DNA of 16,139 nucleotides, from positions 1 to 16,139 of the forward strand of contig NW_021825270.1 in NCBI RefSeq assembly GCF_006345805.1. Direction: 5' to 3'. The stretch comes from Octopus sinensis. Lineage: Eukaryota. How positions within the stretch are numbered: the stretch's first letter is position 1; each line of letters opens with the position of its first letter. The notes beneath the pieces were generated by a model. That model saw only the letters and a program-made list of their open reading frames with translations, searched no databases and was not told the DNA's origin. Position numbers and translations under genes: made by a program. Shown piece after piece: positions 10,773 through 16,139 of this stretch.

Positions 10773-10824
10773 TTGGGGTGTCATCAGGTTTATCGTCGAG
10801 AGATTTCTTGGAGATGACACGGTT
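10773..10824 (-). CDS. Gene A linker/stalk micro-exon (phase 0-1, 52 nt)
   Basis: Strong polypyrimidine acceptor ctctctctttttccacag| at 10825 and donor |GTAAGA at 10772-10767. Reads NRVISKKSLDDKPDDTP plus A, and this A joins AA of the 8045 exon to give Lys in frame. Support is splice signals plus phase compatibility; there is no conserved motif. Confidence 0.72.
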
Positions 10825-10879
10825 CTGTGGAAAAAGAGAGAGTATTTATTATCGTTTAGAACTGAAAAAAGAATGCAAT

Positions 10880-11060
10880 ATATGACAACATTTTCGGACA
10901 GCATTTTATGAAGATGTGGGTGATGTCGACATTGTCCATTCCACCAAATCTTTTATATCGTGGTACATCTTGGAGGTTTGCTGTAACTGCATGCCTTTCT
11001 GTGAATCTGGTATTTCATTATTTCATGCTTGTATATGGCAAAGCATACACATTACATAAA
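10880..11060 (-). mobile_element. Degenerate R4/Dong-like (RLE-type) non-LTR retrotransposon remnant, zinc-knuckle region
   Basis: Across frameshifts reads CFAIYKHEIMKYQIHRKACSYSKPPRC....DNVDITHIFIKCCPKMLS. This resembles the FAIQEQEIxTKYL...CRLC...EDITHIISxCPKMS CCHC region of R4-like elements, as recalled from family consensus rather than searched. Confidence 0.5.
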
Positions 11061-11674
11061 CAGCTAATATCCCTGTTCATTGTCAAGAGTAGACTAATTT
11101 TGCTATCTAAAATCGCTGGTAGTTTGAAGATTACTAGAAACGTAGACTTGCGCATTCTGCTGACGTACAAGAAAGCCCGACGCCAACCTTTCATGTACGG
11201 CGTCCTAATCCGCTGTAGGACTTTTCCACTGCGTCCTTAGGAGAAACTGTCAAGGCAATATGAAGCAATATTTAAAAGTAGTTTGAATTGATGCAAAAGC
11301 TCTATTGCCTTGATATTGTTTAGTATAGATATCCATCATGATCACTGAAGAGTCAGGCATTTCTAGCACTGGTGAATAATATTCCGAATTGAAGCTCGAA
11401 GGTCGATATATTATTTGGCATTCAATGGAATATCACAAAAGTTTGTAAGAAAAATGTTAGGGAACATATATAGTAGGTTATAAATTGACTGCATACGAAA
11501 GGGATGAGGATTAGATATTTTGTACACGGGTGCTATATAAACTGGTTATTTACTCCTTAAATATAGTGTGTATATGTAGATGTATATATGTAAGTGGATA
11601 AAAATTTATATATATATATATATGTTTATACATATATATATACATATGTTTGTGTGTGCGTGTTTATATATATA

Positions 11675-12519
11675 CTAGCAGAATTGCCCGGCGTTGCTCG
11701 GGGCTGAATTACTTGAAAGTACTGTTAATGATTGCACTGAATGATGATGATTATTCAGGCAAATATTGATATAAGTTTACGCTGGGAGATAAGGATTTAA
11801 CGATCAAACGTGTGCCATTGCATTGTTTTGGGTGAACCAAATTTCTGATGAGCATTATAGGGGCACCAACTTTAAGTTTGAGAATGTGTGGTGGTAGTCC
11901 GGGGTGCTCAAAGGAATTGAGTACCTCTATTGGATAGTTGATGACGTCCTCTGTGTCAGGAGTTGTATCGATAGACTGATATAATTAGACTTCCCCAGGA
12001 ATGAGTTTAGCATATCATCATTAATATGGTGAACAGTTTTATTCCTTGGGGCCAGTATAGCCTTTTTGCCAATCCAATCCATATTCTGATAATTAGCTTG
12101 TAGATCTTGAAACACTGCATCTCTGAGATCAGAAGGCGTCTTAACAATGGTACAAATGGAATCGATGGCAATATTACCATTTTCATCTCCTGGTATTTTG
12201 CCTTCGCCAAGTGCAATGAGGGTGTGAGGAAATGCTGCTGATGTGATATTACGTCGCATATGAGCACGCATATTGGTGTGAAGTTTGAGAGTTACTTCCC
12301 TTTCTTTAAAAAAAATGCATTAAAATGGGAAAAAATGATGGTAAATTATTTGTAAAATCGTAGACTCATCGTAGACGCGCGCTAATACCCAGAAGGGCTC
12401 GATATGAATCACGACTATAAGATACTCGGTTTTGGTTAAACTGCATCGCAAAATGTGGGAGTAGTTAGGAATCTAAATCGGAGTAGACAGACACACAACC
12501 TTTCTTTTATATATAAAGA
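11675..12519 (-). mobile_element. Non-autonomous Helitron (845 bp) with both termini
   Basis: Minus strand begins A|TCTTTATATATAAAAG at 12519 and ends with hairpin CCCGAGCAACGCCGGG (11702-11687) followed by ...CTGCTAG|T at 11675. This gives a 5'-TC, a 3'-CTAG, a subterminal hairpin, an A/T target and no TSD, which are the canonical Helitron hallmarks. Confidence 0.88.
11780..12289 (-). pseudogene. PIF1-like helicase fragment of Helitron RepHel (frameshifted)
   Basis: LKLHTNMRAHM...KAILAPRNKTVHHINDDML, then a 1-nt frameshift near 12005 and an in-frame TAA, then YQSIDTTPDTEDVINYPIEVLNSFEHPGLPPHILKLKVGAPIMLIRNLVHPKQCNGTRLIVKSL. LxTNMR, ILAPRN, GLPPHxLxLKVGAPIMLxRNL and CNGTRL are PIF1/Helitron helicase motifs. 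Confidence 0.92.
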
Positions 12520-12520
12520 T

Positions 12521-13340
12521 TTTCGTCCTAAAAAACTTTGTATGGAGTGAATGGTTACCTCTATGGAATATATACACACACATTATACATACATGTGTGT
12601 ATAGATGAATATATAAATACATTTAAATATATATATACACTTTTGGACGATCTTTCTGCTTCTTAGAGATAACTTTAGATCTTATTTTCGTCCTAAAAAA
12701 CTTTGTATGGAGTGAATGGTTACCTCTATGGAAATATATACACACACGTTATACATACATGTGTGCATAGATGAATATATAAATACATTTAAATATCTAT
12801 ATACACTTTTGGGCGATCTTTCTGCTTCTTAGAGATAACTTTAGATGTTATTTTCGTCCTAAAAAACTTTGTGCGGAGTGAATGGTTACCTCTATGGAAA
12901 TATATACACACACATTATACATACATGTGTGTATAGATGAATATATAAATACATTTAAATATCTATATAAACTTTTGGGCGATCTTTCTGTTTCTTAGAG
13001 ATAACTTTAGATGTTATATTCGTCCTAAATAACTTTGTATGGAGTGAATGGTTACCTCTATGGAAATATATACACACACATTATACATACATGTGTGTGT
13101 CTATATACACATTTGGGCGACTGCTACTTAGAGATAACTTTAGATGTTATTTTCGTCCTAAAAAACTTTGTGCGGAGTGAATGGTTACCTCTTTGGAAAT
13201 ATATACACACACGTTATACATACATGTGTGCATAGATGAATATATAAATACATTTAAATATCTATATACACTTTTGGGCGATCTTTCTGCTTCTTAGAGA
13301 TAACTTTAGATGTTATATTCGTCCTAAATAACTTTGTATG
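12521..13340. repeat. Minisatellite, ~5 copies of a 166-bp unit
   Basis: Anchor cgtcctaaa occurs at 12524, 12689, 12855, 13021, 13154 and 13320 (spacings 165, 166, 166, 133, 166). Units are highly similar, and the fourth has a ~33-bp internal deletion. Confidence 0.95.
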
Positions 13341-13556
13341 AATTGAAAAAGAAAATGAATTTAAGAAAGGAATTTGTTTACATACATGTGTAAAATGGCA
13401 AATGTTTGTGCAGTTGTCCGATGGAACTGATGTATTATAATGAATAGTCCTTCTTCTTGTGAATATTAATTTGATTAATATGAACTGAAAACCAGTGGTG
13501 TAGCTTAGGTGATCTTCTAGCAAAAAGGATGACCAGTCTGAATGGGTCATCCCTGT

Positions 13557-13582
13557 CACACACACACACATACACGCGCACC

Positions 13583-13657
<75 letters not shown>
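13557..13657. repeat. (CA)n microsatellite
   Basis: ~100 bp interrupted CA run. Confidence 0.97.
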
Positions 13658-13660
<3 letters not shown>

Positions 13661-13780
13661 AGCTTACAATGTCTGTCAACAATTGACACTGTCGTATAAT
13701 TAGCGTGTCTATGTGTCTAAAGAGGAAGTTGGAGTATAGGCAGAGTAAATAAAGGCTCAAAGTGAAATGTTAAAATATTA

Positions 13781-13890
13781 GTCTTCTCGAATTTTGTCTT
13801 AATTGGGGGTGAAATTGAAAGAAATTTTTTATGGCATGACCCAATGGAAGTACTTTGAAAAATCATAGGTAAAGTCTAATTGAAGAAATT
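13781..13890 (+). repeat. Diverged partial copy 1 of the ~165-bp repeat
   Basis: aattttgtcttaattggggg tgaaatt...tggcatgaccc...taggtaaagtctaattgaagaaatt matches the 3' part of 14061-14225. Confidence 0.6.
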
Positions 13891-14060
13891 GTGTGAGGAG
13901 TAAATCGTTATGTATTTATTTGTTTTTGTTTGCTGCTTTTTTTGAGTAGTGCTGTAAGGTAGACTTGCAAAGACAAAGTCGTAGAAAATAGAAATTAGTG
14001 ATAGCGTGAGTGAATCAGATCGCTCCCTTTGTGTGTGTGTGTGCGTATGCTATAGCCCAC

Positions 14061-14225
14061 ACTAAGAAAAGTACTTGACTCAGACACCACAATGTGAGTT
14101 TTCTCTAAATTTTGCTTAATTGGGGTTGAAATTTTAAAAACCGGACCTGGCAAGACCCGATGCATTCTACTCTTAAAAATGGTAGGTAAATTGTAATTGA
14201 AGAAATCCTATATTGTAGATTTCTA
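14061..14225 (+). repeat. Unclassified ~165-bp dispersed repeat, copy 2
   Basis: Aligns directly with 15975-16139 (actaagaaaag...tgtgagttttct...taaattttgcttaattgg...ggacctggca...taggtaaattgtaattgaagaaat...tgtagatttcta). A more diverged copy lies at ~13781-13890. Confidence 0.85.
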
Positions 14226-14271
14226 TAAGAGACAAAGGGAGGCAGATAAAATCTGCCTTTTATAAAAAGAG

Positions 14272-14278
<7 letters not shown>

Positions 14279-14332
<54 letters not shown>
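14279..14332. repeat. (TA)n microsatellite at the 3' end of Helitron 2
   Basis: Perfect TA run. Confidence 0.97.
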
Positions 14333-14333
<1 letters not shown>

Positions 14334-14965
14334 CAGTATCGCCCGGCGTTGCTCGGGTTTGTAAGGGAAATAACTATATAAGCATTTTTAGAGAGTTATA
14401 GCCAAAAAATAGCAAAAAATGCATTAAAAATGGAAAAAATATGATGGTAAATTATTATAAAAATCGTTGACTCATCGTAGACATTTTTAGAGAGTTACTT
14501 CCCTTATATAATAGCGAAAAAATGCATTAAAATGGAAAAAAAACGATGGTAAATTTTTTTTTTAATCGTAGACTCATGTTGACGCTTTCTTAGCCATTTC
14601 TGTTTTGGTGTCTTCAAGCCATGAAGTCGTTGTTCTAAAAGAACACTGGTCTCCTTGACAACGCATTACGACGTTGATTTCCTTACACTCCCTTCCCTAC
14701 AGGTGCAGGTGTGAGCGTGGACGCCAACTCCGCCGCCATCGACACACGAAAAATTATGCATTAAAAATGGAATAAAAAATGATGTTAAATTATTTTAAAT
14801 CGTAGACTCATTGTAGACGCGCGCTAATACACAGACGGGCTCGATATGAATCACGACTATAAGCTACCCGAATTTGGTTAAACTGCACCGCAAAATGTGG
14901 GAGTAGTTAGGAATCTAAATCGAAGGGGACAGACACTCACACAAATACAGTTTTATATATATAGA
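14330..14965 (-). mobile_element. Second non-autonomous Helitron of the same family (~635 bp)
   Basis: Carries the same 3' hairpin (plus strand tagcagtatcgcccggcgttgctcggg, 14331-14357), with the CTAG eroded into a (TA)n tract. The 5' end reads A|TCTATATATATAAAAC at 14965. About 200 bp (14756-14965) is clearly homologous to 12315-12519. Confidence 0.82.
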
Positions 14966-14977
14966 TATACATAGCGC

Positions 14978-15375
14978 AGTAGTGGTGAGATGTGACAGTA
15001 AAGAAAAGCATACATTCACTCTCTGCATGCAATTAGACTCGGAAAGTTCGTGAGGAACCAATTGACCCAATTTGCTGACTTTTCCGATAGCACACAGGTC
15101 TCAATGAATGGTTGAATGACCAAATCCAAGCTTCTCTGCTAGTTCCTCAACAGTTACGATGAGATGTTGTTCCACCAGGGTTTTCAGGATGTCCTTGTCG
15201 AGTTCTGCAGATCTTTCAGGATGAGGCTCGTCTTCTAGGCTGTAGTTTATGGCTCGGGATTTCTGGAACCACCATTGACACTGCCTTACGCTTATTGTCC
15301 AATCCCCATATACTGCATTAATATATCTTGTACTTTGCACACATTTATATTCTGTTATTCTTTTATATGTTTCAG
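14978..15375 (-). mobile_element. Mariner transposase N-terminal fragment (pseudogene)
   Basis: STRYINAVYGDWTISVRQCQWWFQKSRAINYSLEDEPHPERSAELDKDILKTLVEQHLIVTVEELAEKLGFGHSTIH*DLCAIGKVSKLGQLVPHELSESNCMQRVNVCFSLL. This is the paired HTH region plus the (W)VPHEL linker motif. It has an in-frame stop, no DD34D domain and no visible TIRs. Confidence 0.9.
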
Positions 15376-15402
15376 CCTTGAGGTTGTGGCCATGCTGGAT
15401 CA

Positions 15403-15705
15403 TGTGTGTGTGTGTGTGTGTGTGTGTGTCTATCTGTCTGTCTGTCTGTATGTATATATGTATATGTATGTGTGTGAACAATATTTTCAACAGATGTGTT
15501 GCAAATGTATCTGATTGTTCTCAAGCTTCAATACTGTGTGTGTGTATGTGTGTGTGTATGTATGTATGTATATGCATGTATGTATGTATATGTATGTATG
15601 TATGTATGTGTGTTTGTATGTATGTGTGTGTGTATGTATGTGTGTGTATGTGTGTGTGTATGTATGTATGTATGTATGTATGTATGTATGTATGTATGTA
15701 TGAGT
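15403..15705. repeat. (TG)n and (TATG)n microsatellites
   Basis: TG/TCTG/TATG run at 15403-15475 and TG/TATG compound tract at 15535-15705. Confidence 0.95.
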
Positions 15706-15974
15706 GTATGTTTACTTTATTACTAACACAAGCCACTACGGTTATTTAATGTAAAGTCTTCCTCAAATCACTCTCTCTCTCGCTATTTACTCTCTTCCAA
15801 GAACATTTTCACTCACTCTTAGCTCTTAGCTTCCCATACATTTTACTCATGTATCTATCAGCGTCATAGACAGAATACTTTCAGTTTAGTCTTCCTCAAA
15901 TCACTCTGTCGCTATTTACTTTCATTTTATTCGTTGCACACTGTGTGTGTGCGTTTGCGTGTGGTGTCAACCAG

Positions 15975-16139
15975 ACTAAGAAAAGCATTTGACACACACA
16001 CCAGAATGTGAGTTTTCTGTAAATTTTGCTTAATTGGAGTTTAAATTTTAAATTCTGGACCTGGCATGACGCGATGCATTGTACTCTTAAGAATGCTAGG
16101 TAAATTGTAATTGAAGAAATTCTATATTGTAGATTTCTA
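15975..16139 (+). repeat. Unclassified ~165-bp dispersed repeat, copy 3 (runs to window edge)
   Basis: Direct alignment to 14061-14225. Both copies are preceded by a short (GT)n run. Confidence 0.85.

Noticed and set aside
10908-11240. 110-aa hydrophobic plus-strand ORF
   Set aside because: Lies antisense to the R4-like remnant inside an intron, with no recognisable motifs or splice context.
12521-13340. Regularly spaced repeats as a possible CRISPR array
   Set aside because: Whole 166-bp units are repeated with no unique spacers, the context is eukaryotic, and there are no cas genes.
13668-13716. Candidate upstream exon of gene A (tttag|...|GTAAGC)
   Set aside because: 49 nt requiring phase 2-0, with no TM or recognisable similarity to exon B; weak evidence.
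14240-14267. Hairpin aggcagat-aaa-atctgcct followed by palindrome ttttataaaa (terminator-like)
   Set aside because: An 8-bp stem in AT-rich eukaryotic DNA is expected by chance, and intrinsic terminators are not relevant here.
15755-15920. ~35-bp direct repeat (agtcttcctcaaatcactct...cgctatttact) at 15755 and 15888
   Set aside because: A small local duplication with no associated element features.

Overview
AT-rich, microsatellite-dense metazoan genomic DNA. Composition and repeat style suggest a cephalopod (octopus-like) genome; this is an inference. Most ORF-track entries are artefacts of (TACA)n/(CA)n/(TA)n tracts. The real host content is spliced, lies on the minus strand and is largely missed by the ORF track. 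(A) Three exons (10773-10824, 7971-8045, 5834-6333) join in frame through canonical GT-AG sites into a 208-aa C-terminal portion of a Cys-rich 'short-chain collagen C4-like' (spongin short-chain collagen / collagen IV NC1-related) protein. No Gly-X-Y repeats occur in the visible part, and the first coding exon is probably beyond the right edge. (B) A first coding exon (1129-1272) of a second, head-to-tail gene encodes a type II membrane anchor and runs off the left edge; it may be a tandem paralog. The rest is transposon relics: two related non-autonomous Helitrons (one with intact termini and a PIF1-helicase fragment), a ~1.9-kb degenerate RTE LINE (APE+RT) inside an intron, an RTE 3' fragment, an R4/Dong-like zinc-knuckle remnant, a mariner fragment, a 166-bp minisatellite abutting a Helitron, and several unclassified repeats.
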